Source of the DNA: Candidatus Nanoarchaeia archaeon
GTDB lineage: Archaea; Nanobdellota; Nanobdellia; Woesearchaeales; SKGA01
DNA: 55,588 bases
NCBI GenBank assembly: GCA_028691765.1
Contig: JAQUYS010000001.1
Coordinates: 1-55,588, forward strand
Direction: 5' to 3'
Shown here: positions 37,101 through 45,523 of the stretch, in pieces
Position numbering within the stretch: the stretch's first letter is position 1
Layout: each line of letters begins with the position of its first letter
Notes under the pieces: model-generated
Database searches by the model: none
What the model saw: only the letters and a program-made list of their open reading frames with translations
Told to the model about the DNA's origin: nothing
Made by a program: the position numbers and the translations under genes

Positions 37101-37695
37101 CACCACAACCACCTAATGGTCCAACTGGATAAGACATCGTTTCAACTAAATATTGAAATTCTCGACCAACAATGGGAACTTGTATAGGTGTTTGAGGAAT
37201 TAATTTTATATTTAATTTTGGATTTGCATTTGTTTGTTGATTTTCATAAGTTTGCGTTAAATCAAAACTATATTGAAAATTCATTAAAGAAATTGATTTG
37301 AATTTAGATAAATGTGTTTGAAGTTTATCATCTAATGTTTGTTTAAAGAATAATTCAAAATCAGGAACACATATTTGTTTATCTTTAGATAGATAAATTT
37401 GGTGTACGTGTTCACCACAGGAAGTCTGTTGTTTCTGAAGGTCAAATTGAAATTCAGAGACTGTGCTTTTTGTTGAACTTTTTAAAGATTGGTCAATGTA
37501 AGATGCTACTTCTTCCGCGTTTTGGTTTGATTGTAAAATAGATTGTACATTTTCTCCAACAATGATGTTTATATCTGATTTTTGAGTATAATTTAAAATG
37601 AATATGAACAAAGCCATAAATATAAATATCGCAATAAAACTAAGTCCGAGCGCTTTTCTTGATTTTTTTAAGACCTTGCCAGTATAATTTTTCAT
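34171..37695 (-). CDS. Large surface protein with pilin-like/anchor N-terminus, NlpC/P60 cysteine endopeptidase domain and SLT lytic transglycosylase domain (peptidoglycan hydrolase)
   Basis: N-terminus KKSRKA then LGLSFIAIFIFMALFIFIL. NlpC/P60 (about aa 205-375): YPYVWGG, GFDCSGWVWWV (Cys276), AKPGDIIFT, GHVMVYVG, EVIHS. SLT (about aa 465-595): FIKAIIYAETGG (catalytic Glu), FCGLMQISP, AICYNSGPGN. The remaining roughly 580 C-terminal aa are unassigned. Confidence 0.85.
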   Translation of the reverse strand: MKNYTGKVLKKSRKALGLSFIAIFIFMALFIFILNYTQKSDINIIVGENVQSILQSNQNAEEVASYIDQSLKSSTKSTVSEFQFDLQKQQTSCGEHVHQIYLSKDKQICVPDFELFFKQTLDDKLQTHLSKFKSISLMNFQYSFDLTQTYENQQTNANPKLNIKLIPQTPIQVPIVGREFQYLVETMSYPVGPLGGCGEEKIVNCQTNDCIADVAIKLYNTYMYAGNKYPYVWGGMSPYAFADSTEGGKCSNMFEENYPPRNIPGSTDLMIPGFDCSGWVWWVGKHANISQIADVRLSAHALYEQFKESNNEVVWEKTNKAMTPQELLKLAKPGDIIFTKKDHQTTMGHVMVYVGNNEVIHSFGGVGLVKEPIRNSQTYSLYPQISAIVRYLPLGENVQTEQTEEVVVEETEKSCSIYFDSTAWLQDQIRKGQQEINYYEFTQQLNEYDLKNNGAITNSILRSSSRTKLPSEFIKAIIYAETGGASLSKYLSGEVACRNNNFCGLMQISPNACNDVKTICKWDSLVNKESKVVDGTTINYLQLGIESGAQYLKWCQNYLIDAGYMAKENPNFYFTAICYNSGPGNAKKIINEASKRLKKPKESIEWSDLTKLDFFEVWSKSITNLTTLQNKVEESWGYPHLMGKGLSEQCDSVPQAIYLKNQPYSQNHISITSSYATTANIDLKKYDVLEQFISYLANDCLMLSQTECIDKAITKFSNTNSKIIHTSDYTYIHPEKMKDLQLQQTIGFFSNLVQGNFEQLSGEVKEWLVFKQIDSFRSSFVDQMIDCQKNEQEGCICPIYLDTLHMNPEGEMFQILPDFEGNYYVKNLINVKGLSKTNPSYPDLALEFNPLKFIDSSSETNLATSLTFKFTNNQNKVNSYMDFEIYQLPDILNPNSLTGNLIQSWDVSNNLFALYKTDKNNVAWYYYQDKETDPPICYSNKKNQRFITSFKDHQNVSFTAYVEDKIPPTWSKLNLNIEEQLKCINTEAVLVSFNFENLNEDIYAFNLYLTENDFAQNEFILLRLDEKEEFSSNLLLTSLYPLKLNKLYYNNQTKQYYVMTDGMNDLKFEKDKNYQITITTTDQFNNTNKLDEQQITIKAIEIKDSFNLAQTQINAYLSSLGISDPDSIQNAMDLICGESSILETNTINTQALNILGGCCKRYVKEVKLNEPILI

Positions 37696-38231
37696 TTCAG
37701 ACCTGTAGGTATTTTCTTTTTATTTGAAGGTATGACTTCACAATATTCATAAATTAATTCAATTCTTGACTCTGTTTCTTCATTTGAAGATAAAGATATT
37801 TTGGATAACTCAGAACACTTACGAAAATCTTCAATACCATAAATATATTGATTTATATCTAGTTTTAAAGATTTTATAACTAAAGTTACTCTACTATTTG
37901 GAATCTGAGAGAAATATTTTTGAGCAGAATTTAAAATTATTTCTTTAGTTATAGTATCGATTTCAAAAATATTTTTATACGTTAGATCTGATAACAATTC
38001 GGCATTAGTTATGTGTTTGTTGTAATGTATTGAAGTTAATTGCGAGTATGTTGTTAAATGTTTTTGTGCAAAATAAGATGTACTATTTAGAGAAGTGATG
38101 CCTTCACTTTGACTTGTTTTTATAGAAGATATAAATACTATTAATAAAATAGAAATTATCATTGCCCCAACCACTATAACTAATTCTAACCAATCTGAAG
38201 GCGAAAATACTCCTTTCTTAGAGAATTTCAC
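37692..38231 (-). CDS. Pilin-like (class III signal) protein
   Basis: Proposed GTG start at 38231 forms a GTGA overlap with the upstream stop. This gives (M)KFSKKG then VFSPSDWLELVIVVGAMIISILLIVFI. The track start at 38288 would overlap the upstream gene by 60 nt. Confidence 0.55.
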   Translation of the reverse strand: MKFSKKGVFSPSDWLELVIVVGAMIISILLIVFISSIKTSQSEGITSLNSTSYFAQKHLTTYSQLTSIHYNKHITNAELLSDLTYKNIFEIDTITKEIILNSAQKYFSQIPNSRVTLVIKSLKLDINQYIYGIEDFRKCSELSKISLSSNEETESRIELIYEYCEVIPSNKKKIPTGLK

Positions 38232-38680
38232 TGTATCACCCTTATTGATGCAGGAATAACCTCTCCTGAATTTAATCTTAAAGCGCATGGTTGAGTTATT
38301 TCTTGATTCGTTATTTGTCCGGAAAGTTGAGCGGACATAGTTTTAACATTTTCCTCTTTTGGGTAAACAATTACTTCTATTTGTTTAATTAATTCATTAG
38401 AAGTAAAACAAGCTTTCAAGGTTTCATCATTTATTTTATTTACATCTAAAATATTTTGGTAAACTCGATCTGTATTGATATCTTGATATGCAAAACAATT
38501 ATTAGTTATTGCCTCATATGTTAAAATTATATCTAAATTATCTGGAAGGGGATATTTTTTTTCAGCAGAATTTTGCATTGTGGCGGCTTGTAATGGAACA
38601 TAAACCGAAAGTAAAATTATTAAAATAATGTATAATGGCACATCGTCAGATATATTTGATTTTTTGCCTAGTCTCAACAT
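38228..38680 (-). CDS. Secreted/pilin-like protein
   Basis: MLRLGKKS then NISDDVPLYIILIILLSVYV. Own TATA box 27 nt upstream of the ATG. Confidence 0.5.
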   Translation of the reverse strand: MLRLGKKSNISDDVPLYIILIILLSVYVPLQAATMQNSAEKKYPLPDNLDIILTYEAITNNCFAYQDINTDRVYQNILDVNKINDETLKACFTSNELIKQIEVIVYPKEENVKTMSAQLSGQITNQEITQPCALRLNSGEVIPASIRVIQ

Positions 38681-38702
38681 ATACTTATTTTAAGCTTAAT
38701 TC

Positions 38703-38710
38703 TTTATAAA
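38703..38710 (-). promoter_or_regulatory. Internal TATA box within the pilin-like operon
   Basis: TTTATAAA is centred about 27 nt upstream of the ATG at 38680, inside the 41-nt gap after the stop at 38722. Confidence 0.45.
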
Positions 38711-38721
38711 TATTGAGATTT

Positions 38722-39570
38722 TCACTCAAAAATAGATGTAATTGATGCCCCTAACAGTTCTTCAAGTTCATTTGTTGTTTCTTGTTTAAATTTCTTTTCT
38801 AATTCAATAATTATTTCGTTTGAATTGCAATTAGTGCACATAAAAGGAATATCGTATAATGAGAAGGAATTAGGAATGTCTAAATTTAATTGATTTAATT
38901 TTTGATTTAGTTTTGTTGCTAGAGGTCCCAATAACTCTTGATTAGATGATGAATATTTAATAGTGGTCTTATCTAAATTAGAAACATTAAATATTATGTG
39001 AACTTTTGCAGATTCTTTAGTTTCGGATTTTATCAAAGGAGTAGCAATTTTATTGAATGAAATTAAAATTTCATTTATGTTTGGATCATTTATGGAAACG
39101 TACAAATATTTTTCTGTAAATTGTTGCGATAAAGAAATTGTTTGTGAAGGGTTTGAAGTTCCTTTTGAAAAAGATAGTTTATTGTATGTACGATCTATGG
39201 TTAATTGTGAATAAGGTATTTGTTTGTCTTCTGAATAGATAATTAAACCTAGGGGTGCAATTATATTTTGATCTCGATCATATGCTTGACTATATGCATT
39301 ATAATCACATAAAACTGCAGAAATAGAATTTTCATCAAATTTCATACAACGATTTTCAACATCTAATTGAGGATTAAAATAAATGTTGAAATTATTGGGT
39401 AAATAAGTAATTGTTTTAGTTGTGAAAGTTGTATCTAAAACAAGAGCTCTACTTACGGCCCCTTCATAAGAGACTTTACTAGGAGCGTATAATATTGCAG
39501 ACCCGATAATTATTGCAAATATGATGAACCCTAAGACGCTTAACATATCTCCTTTTTTATTATGAAACAA
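38722..39570 (-). CDS. Pilin-like (class III signal) protein
   Basis: MFHNKKG then DMLSVLGFIIFAIIIGSAILYA. 11-nt overlap with the upstream gene. Confidence 0.6.
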   Translation of the reverse strand: MFHNKKGDMLSVLGFIIFAIIIGSAILYAPSKVSYEGAVSRALVLDTTFTTKTITYLPNNFNIYFNPQLDVENRCMKFDENSISAVLCDYNAYSQAYDRDQNIIAPLGLIIYSEDKQIPYSQLTIDRTYNKLSFSKGTSNPSQTISLSQQFTEKYLYVSINDPNINEILISFNKIATPLIKSETKESAKVHIIFNVSNLDKTTIKYSSSNQELLGPLATKLNQKLNQLNLDIPNSFSLYDIPFMCTNCNSNEIIIELEKKFKQETTNELEELLGASITSIFE

Positions 39571-40915
39571 TTTCTTCTACCTTTTTTATTTCGAAAAAGT
39601 TTTCTTGATTCCAAGATATTTTATGTTTATCTCCGGTTTCGCATTCAATTAAAATTAAATCTTGAGTCACATATTCATAATCATCAAAACAAAAATTAGT
39701 TTGATTTGGCAATTCAAATAACAAATCAGTTTCAAATTTTTCTCTCCACCCCCCCATGTATGTCGACATCAAATAAGTTCCTTCTAAAAAATCAATGTTA
39801 ATTTTTATTTTTTGACCAACTTCTTCCGCAGATTCAAAAGGTTTTACAAAATGCCATGGATTAAAATCAGAAGATTTGGAATAATATTCTTTAACTTCTG
39901 ATTGACCAAATTGATTGAGGGGTTTAAAATCCCTAAAATAAACAACGATTAATTCAAACGCACGTTCATCAATGATTGAATCTAGGAAATCCTTATTTGC
40001 AGAATAGAGTGAATTTATAGTTACACCGATAAAATTGGAATATTTTTTATCTTGCAAATTATATTTTGTTAAATAAATTTGTACGGGCCATTTATCAAAA
40101 CCATATTCTATGGAATGTAATGAAGATGCTCCAAATCCTCCTAAAACCAAACCACCTGTCCAAAATTGCTCAAATTGTAATCTTTGTGCAATTTGCTCAT
40201 TATGTATTTTTGAAAATTGTTTAAAAAAATAATCATCATTATCCAATATATTAAATACTTTTAAAGACAATATTTCGAGAGAAATAGGATATTTATTTAC
40301 ATTTGACTTAAATTCAGATGTAACTTGTTGAAAATATTCTAATTTTCCTCGTCCATCTATAAATTGTGAATTTTGATTAGGAGCAGTGATACAATACGGT
40401 TCATTCAAACTAATTCCTTCAAAAACATTTTCATCTAGTAAATTTAATTTAGGTTCGTTATTTTCTTTTATAATATCCCATAATTTTAAATCATCTACAT
40501 AACAAATACATGCTCGATCATAACATGATGAAAGTTCAGGTCTTATGAAGTAAATATATGAATTGGTTGCTTTATCCGTTAAACGTATATCTCCTCTACC
40601 TTTTGAAAAAAACAAAATATATTCATTTTCTAAAAACGAAATTTCATCGGTTCTAAGCCATTCTGCATTTGAATAAACATCAACATCATAATACTCTCCT
40701 AAAAATTCTTCTTTAAAAGAAATCCCTTTATTCAAATCTAAATCAACTAATTTTTGCTCTATTTGGGACAACATCATGACGTTATTAACAAATTCTGTTT
40801 TGGTTGTTTGACGAGCATATAAACTTCCTTGAGTAAATAAAAAGTAAAGAAGTATAACTACGATAAGTATGCTCACCATGTGTTCCCAAAGTAACTCAAA
40901 TCCTTTTTTATTCAT
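39560..40915 (-). CDS. Pilin-like (class III signal) protein, 451 aa
   Basis: The start at ATG 40915 forms an ATGA overlap with the upstream stop. MNKKG then FELLWEHMVSILIVVILLYFLF. Confidence 0.6.
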   Translation of the reverse strand: MNKKGFELLWEHMVSILIVVILLYFLFTQGSLYARQTTKTEFVNNVMMLSQIEQKLVDLDLNKGISFKEEFLGEYYDVDVYSNAEWLRTDEISFLENEYILFFSKGRGDIRLTDKATNSYIYFIRPELSSCYDRACICYVDDLKLWDIIKENNEPKLNLLDENVFEGISLNEPYCITAPNQNSQFIDGRGKLEYFQQVTSEFKSNVNKYPISLEILSLKVFNILDNDDYFFKQFSKIHNEQIAQRLQFEQFWTGGLVLGGFGASSLHSIEYGFDKWPVQIYLTKYNLQDKKYSNFIGVTINSLYSANKDFLDSIIDERAFELIVVYFRDFKPLNQFGQSEVKEYYSKSSDFNPWHFVKPFESAEEVGQKIKINIDFLEGTYLMSTYMGGWREKFETDLLFELPNQTNFCFDDYEYVTQDLILIECETGDKHKISWNQENFFEIKKVEEIVS

Positions 40916-41445
40916 GATGATTTTTCCTCTTTGGGTTGGCATTTTATAATATAATAAACCTCCTCTTCATTTTCACCTGTTAATGTATTTAAAACGGAAG
41001 GATTTGAATCTATTTGCAGAATAAATCTTTTCAAATCATTTATTTTAGCATCTAAAGGAATTTTGCTTTTTAAACATGTTATTTGTTCGCATAAGATTTT
41101 TTGTGCGTCAGATGGACTTTTACTACATACGCCTGAATCATCTAATAAAACATATTGTTCCCACAAATATTTCGGAATAAAATCGGTTGATGTGTACCAA
41201 AATAAGAGTTTATTTGAAGTTAAATATTTATCCTTACACTCTTCGAAAATTTCTTCATTTAATATATATCCTTCCGTACCATTACATCCTATGGTGGGAA
41301 TTAAATCCATATATGCTGCAGTTGCTTTAGGATAAAAATCGTTTGAGAAGCCAATCAATAAAAACACAATTATGCCCCCCATTATTACAACTATTAAAAG
41401 TTCCATTAAAAAACTTATACCTTTTTTATCATTCATAATATTCAC
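40912..41445 (-). CDS. Pilin-like (class III signal) protein
   Basis: (MNI)MNDKKG then ISFLMELLIVVIMGGIIVFLLIG. The GTG at 41445 overlaps the upstream TGA (GTGA); the ATG at 41436 is an alternative start. Confidence 0.6.
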   Translation of the reverse strand: MNIMNDKKGISFLMELLIVVIMGGIIVFLLIGFSNDFYPKATAAYMDLIPTIGCNGTEGYILNEEIFEECKDKYLTSNKLLFWYTSTDFIPKYLWEQYVLLDDSGVCSKSPSDAQKILCEQITCLKSKIPLDAKINDLKRFILQIDSNPSVLNTLTGENEEEVYYIIKCQPKEEKSS

Positions 41446-42521
41446 CTACAAAAGTCAAGCCACCTTATTAAATATGAAACAGATTCAACATTTGGAAACC
41501 CAATTCCTTCAACGTTGAATAAAGGATTGTATTGATCTAAACTTAAAATAAATTCCTTATCTTCATCACCTAATTTTTCGATACTTGGGAAAAAAACAAA
41601 AAATTCAGATTCCTCAACGTTAGTGTTTGGGAGTTTGGTTTTTAACTCATTTGCAAGTATTTGATTTTCTGTAGAATCTAATCTCAATAATAAATGTCCA
41701 TTAATAGAAATCATGCGCCTATATTCTAAATCACTTACAGAATTTATATTTTTATCATGTTTAAACCAATATAACTCCGGAACGAATTCCTCGTTAATTT
41801 TATTATTTGATGGTGAAATGCCAATTAGTGACAAAGGATAAAAATGCTTAATTCCTTCAGTTATTCTATTATATGTTCCATAAATACTTTGATATTCTAA
41901 AAAATGTTCTTCAGTATCTCCAATAATATTTACTTTCGAACCACAATAATCTTTTAAAGTCCAAATCATGGCAAATTCAGGAATTCCTGCAGTTTCTACA
42001 GTCCATTCATTGGGATTTCCTGCAATTATGGCTACATGTTTATTTTTTAAAAAGGGTAGATTTTCATACGTCGCATATTGATACACGTTATTTAATTCTG
42101 TACGAACATATACTTTTAATCCAATACCATCATCTATTAATTGAATGGAATATCTTTTATCGACTGGGAAAGTATCATAATAAATTAAATGCTTATCTTT
42201 ATTTGAATAATACGGATCTCCTTGTTTAGAATATCGTATGTATGTTGAATTAAACATTTGACTCAACATTAAATCGAGATACTCTCTAAATTCTTGATCT
42301 AATTCGGATATTGCATTATATCTTATTTCAGTAGTTCCTGTTTCTAAATCAATCCCAAAATAATTTCCTAAATTAGTTTTATCAGTTAATTGGTTTGTTG
42401 AATCCGTTGCTTTATCTTTAAAAAGCCCAATAAAATCTAAAAAAATCAATCCTAAAATAACTGAAACTACGACTACGGCCACTATTGAGACTAATTGTTG
42501 GTTTGCTTTTTTATTAAACAT
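41442..42521 (-). CDS. Pilin-like (class III signal) protein, 359 aa
   Basis: MFNKKA then NQQLVSIVAVVVVSVILGLIFL. The start codon overlaps the stop of the 52-aa ORF by 1 nt (TGATG). Confidence 0.6.
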   Translation of the reverse strand: MFNKKANQQLVSIVAVVVVSVILGLIFLDFIGLFKDKATDSTNQLTDKTNLGNYFGIDLETGTTEIRYNAISELDQEFREYLDLMLSQMFNSTYIRYSKQGDPYYSNKDKHLIYYDTFPVDKRYSIQLIDDGIGLKVYVRTELNNVYQYATYENLPFLKNKHVAIIAGNPNEWTVETAGIPEFAMIWTLKDYCGSKVNIIGDTEEHFLEYQSIYGTYNRITEGIKHFYPLSLIGISPSNNKINEEFVPELYWFKHDKNINSVSDLEYRRMISINGHLLLRLDSTENQILANELKTKLPNTNVEESEFFVFFPSIEKLGDEDKEFILSLDQYNPLFNVEGIGFPNVESVSYLIRWLDFCR

Positions 42522-42679
42522 CAGTCTCCTCCAGGAATTAACGAATCAGATTTAGTATAAAGCAAGTAAGATAAATATAATACTACACATATAGTTACCA
42601 GCGTTATAATTATTGTCAAAAGAGATTGTCCTTTTTTATTAAATTTTAAATTTAGGATATTTATAATTTCTTTAATCAT
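42521..42679 (-). CDS. Mini pilin-like protein, 52 aa (not in the ORF track)
   Basis: My translation is MIKEIINILNLKFNKKGQSLLTIIITLVTICVVLYLSYLLYTKSDSLIPGGD. ATGA overlap with the upstream stop and TGATG overlap with the downstream start. It exactly fills the apparent gap between the two ORFs. Confidence 0.6.
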   Translation of the reverse strand: MIKEIINILNLKFNKKGQSLLTIIITLVTICVVLYLSYLLYTKSDSLIPGGD

Positions 42680-43674
42680 TCTAAATCACCAAAATATATT
42701 TTTCTACACATTAATCTTTCTGAAATATCTAATGGGGAAATCAAAATAAAAGATACTTGTTTATCAAAAACTTCCTTCGAGATATCTCCGTAAGAAATTC
42801 CTTCAAATTGACTTAAACCATTTACTAATCTTTGGGAAGTTTCGACCCATTTTTTTATATTACTATTTACTGTTATTATATCTGAACCAACTTTAATGGG
42901 ATTGTATATGAACGGCGGATTGAACATATATCCTCCTATTATTTGAAAATTTAGTAATGCGGTTTCAGTAGTTGTTGGATCTTTAGGAGGTTGAAATAAG
43001 GAGATAGTATATTTTTGATTCGGGATGTATTCTGTAGGAATGAATAAAATTTTCCCAGTATCTATGCCTGCATAAGCGGTAAGGTAATCATAATACGTCA
43101 TCACTGTTTTTAAACCATCTTTAGTTACAGCATAATCTGTTTTTTTAAGAAAATCATATAATTCAAATGAATTTAAAGGTGTTTCGGGAAGATATGTCGA
43201 ATCTTCAATTTCAAATTCCAATAAAGTTACACATTCAGGTTTATATTGAGGAAATTTAGATGTAAGATAATTTCTAAAAACAGATTTATCTGCCCAAATA
43301 TCAGTTATTGTTCCTGCGCCCGACATCCACCAAACTTTTGCCATTTTATCGGCGATTTTTTTAGCGACTGCAAATTTTTTATTTGACTCGTTAGAAATCG
43401 GTTCAGGAACATTTTTTCTAGAAATATCTATTGTTTCATATATTGTTGAACATTTTTGAGTAAATAAAGAGACTTCTGCAGAAACATCTCCAATTCCTAT
43501 TTCACCACTAGTTCCAGTTTGTAATTTTAGTGAAGCTAAACATAATGCCCCACTTGAAGATGTTTTATCAACTATAAATAGTTCTTTTTGTAATAATTGA
43601 AAAAGTAATAATGCTGAAACTAATAAAACTATTAAAATTCCTATGTATTTAATTCCTGAGCTTGCTTTTTTCAT
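42676..43674 (-). CDS. Pilin-like (class III signal) protein, 332 aa
   Basis: Internal start at ATG 43674 gives MKKA then SSGIKYIGILIVLLVSALLLF, matching the sibling N-termini. The track extension MGQICIICCLVCSNFYHNKKIYISLK looks non-coding. Confidence 0.55.
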   Translation of the reverse strand: MKKASSGIKYIGILIVLLVSALLLFQLLQKELFIVDKTSSSGALCLASLKLQTGTSGEIGIGDVSAEVSLFTQKCSTIYETIDISRKNVPEPISNESNKKFAVAKKIADKMAKVWWMSGAGTITDIWADKSVFRNYLTSKFPQYKPECVTLLEFEIEDSTYLPETPLNSFELYDFLKKTDYAVTKDGLKTVMTYYDYLTAYAGIDTGKILFIPTEYIPNQKYTISLFQPPKDPTTTETALLNFQIIGGYMFNPPFIYNPIKVGSDIITVNSNIKKWVETSQRLVNGLSQFEGISYGDISKEVFDKQVSFILISPLDISERLMCRKIYFGDLE

Positions 43675-43782
43675 TTTTAAGGAAATATATATTTTTTTGT
43701 TATGATAAAAATTGCTGCAAACAAGGCAACATATAATGCATATTTGACCCATTCCTGCATCTGTGCTTTTTTGAATTTCATT

Positions 43783-45222
43783 TTATTTATTTACACAATC
43801 TCCATTCCAATCGTTCCAAGATGGTTCAACATATTTACATCCGCCTTTAATTCCACAAGCATTTGCTAAACATTCATCTCGATCGTCACTATAATTTGAG
43901 CAGGAATTTATTTTTGAACAAGATAAACATTCATTTACATTTTTATAATCCCAATAACATTTGGTACCTATACAATCATTAGAATTACATGTGAACAGAG
44001 TTTTATAACTTGAACAATCCACAATCCCCTCATCACAAGCTTGACAAGAACCATCATCTAAATAACATTTTGTACTTTCAGATGTTCTTTTAGTTATATC
44101 CAAACAAGCATTCGCAGAATATTCTGAACAAGATTTTATTGGTTGGTTCTTAATCACTATGATTGAATCGCAATCTTTTAATTCAACATCATATGGTTTA
44201 GAAAATGCAGTTTGATTTTTTTTCAAATAAACACATAAATGATCAGTTTTTAAATCCAATAAATCTATAGGAGTATTAAAATTAAATTGAGTCAACAAAA
44301 GAGAATTTCCTTGTTGAGGAACGTAATTCACACAACTTTCTGAATAAACTATTCTATAATTGCCTTGCGAAAAAGTCTCTCCTAAAACTTTGAGTACACA
44401 ATAATTTTTATTTAATATTTTGGTTGTTGAAAAATAAACCTCTTCAGAATTTGGTTGGGAATCAAAGGTATATTTTATTTGTGTAGGTGTCGTTGAAGAA
44501 GATGCATCTGCACTCATTTTAATACTTACAATGGACGTTTCTTTTTCAGTTGAATAATCTTTTTTTTGCTTAACTGTGAATTTTACTTCATAAATTTGGG
44601 AAGGAAGTCCTTTAAAATCTTTTAACATATATGCTTTATTTGAACAATCAGTCCATTCTCTAGTTAACGCAGTCAACTCTTGTGAATTGCTGCTAACCAT
44701 TAATTTACAATAATCTCCATCCTCGTAGGCATTTGCAAATTCTAATCTAAAAGGACCATTATTGAAATTATCAATTACATGATAAGTTGAAATCAATGTA
44801 TCGTTGTATTTTATATAAATTTTATTCGAATCTTTTACAAATCCATCATTAGGTGGAATCCAAGAAGATTGTCCGATTGTTGCTTTTACACCAAAATGAC
44901 TTCTTTGAACAGAAGATGCTTCTTCCTTATATTTTTCAAATTCTTCTTCTTTTCCTGAGATACTTTTACAACATTTCATATCAACATCATCGACGTTTTT
45001 ATTAAAAAAAGACATTTCTTTAGATAATGTTAAATCACATTTTCCTGGAACAAGAACGCCTCCAAAAGTTTCACATGCGCTTAATTTATTTAGTAGATTT
45101 CCTGATGGCAAAATTGCTCCTCGTAATCCCATAAATAAAACTAATATTCCTAATACTGCAATAACTACAAAAGACATTGGTAAGCCAGACCCTTTTCTAG
45201 AATTAAATAGTTTCATCATCAC
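43783..45222 (-). CDS. Pilin-like (class III signal) protein with Cys-rich C-terminal module, 479 aa
   Basis: MMMKLFNSRKG then SGLPMSFVVIAVLGILVLFMGL. The last roughly 110 aa contain more than 20 Cys (CSEYSANACLD...CQACDEGIVDCSSYKTLFTCNSNDCIGTKCYWD...). GAGGT SD upstream. Confidence 0.65.
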   Translation of the reverse strand: MMMKLFNSRKGSGLPMSFVVIAVLGILVLFMGLRGAILPSGNLLNKLSACETFGGVLVPGKCDLTLSKEMSFFNKNVDDVDMKCCKSISGKEEEFEKYKEEASSVQRSHFGVKATIGQSSWIPPNDGFVKDSNKIYIKYNDTLISTYHVIDNFNNGPFRLEFANAYEDGDYCKLMVSSNSQELTALTREWTDCSNKAYMLKDFKGLPSQIYEVKFTVKQKKDYSTEKETSIVSIKMSADASSSTTPTQIKYTFDSQPNSEEVYFSTTKILNKNYCVLKVLGETFSQGNYRIVYSESCVNYVPQQGNSLLLTQFNFNTPIDLLDLKTDHLCVYLKKNQTAFSKPYDVELKDCDSIIVIKNQPIKSCSEYSANACLDITKRTSESTKCYLDDGSCQACDEGIVDCSSYKTLFTCNSNDCIGTKCYWDYKNVNECLSCSKINSCSNYSDDRDECLANACGIKGGCKYVEPSWNDWNGDCVNK

Positions 45223-45238
45223 AGTACCTCATCGTTTG

Positions 45239-45257
45239 AAAAAGAAAAAAAATAAAA
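45239..45257 (-). terminator. Oligo-U tract directly after the small pilin gene (candidate archaeal terminator/attenuator)
   Basis: The minus-strand RNA reads UUUUAUUUUUUUUCUUUUU, starting 3 nt after the stop at 45260..45262. Confidence 0.45.
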
Positions 45258-45259
45258 TT

Positions 45260-45523
45260 TTAACCTAGAGGAATACAACAGTATCCTTTATCTGAACCTA
45301 ATTTAGTTTTACAGCCTGAATCTGGTTTAGGAACATCTGTACCTTCACATGCAGATATTGAATCTTCACAATATCCTCCCATTCCTTCACAACTTGTTGA
45401 TTCAGCTAAATTTCCGCCTTGTTTCATTAACAAAACTGCTAAAATTACCAAAACCAAAAGAGCGATAGCTGCTATGATTATGATGTTCATAGACATTTCC
45501 GAGCCTTTTTTATTCCAAAACAT
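45260..45523 (-). CDS. Small Cys-rich pilin (candidate major pilin), 87 aa
   Basis: MFWNKKG then SEMSMNIIIIAAIALLVLVILAVLLM, followed by a 45-aa head with 6 Cys. GAGGTG SD 6 nt upstream. 85-nt AT-rich promoter-like gap upstream and an oligo-U tract downstream. Confidence 0.7.
   Translation of the reverse strand: MFWNKKGSEMSMNIIIIAAIALLVLVILAVLLMKQGGNLAESTSCEGMGGYCEDSISACEGTDVPKPDSGCKTKLGSDKGYCCIPLG

Noticed and set aside
43675-43752. N-terminal extension MGQICIICCLVCSNFYHNKKIYISLK of ORF 42676..43752
   Set aside because: The internal ATG at 43674 yields the MKKA leader shared by sibling genes. The extension is Cys/Ile-rich with no counterpart in the paralogous leaders, so it is treated as non-coding upstream sequence.
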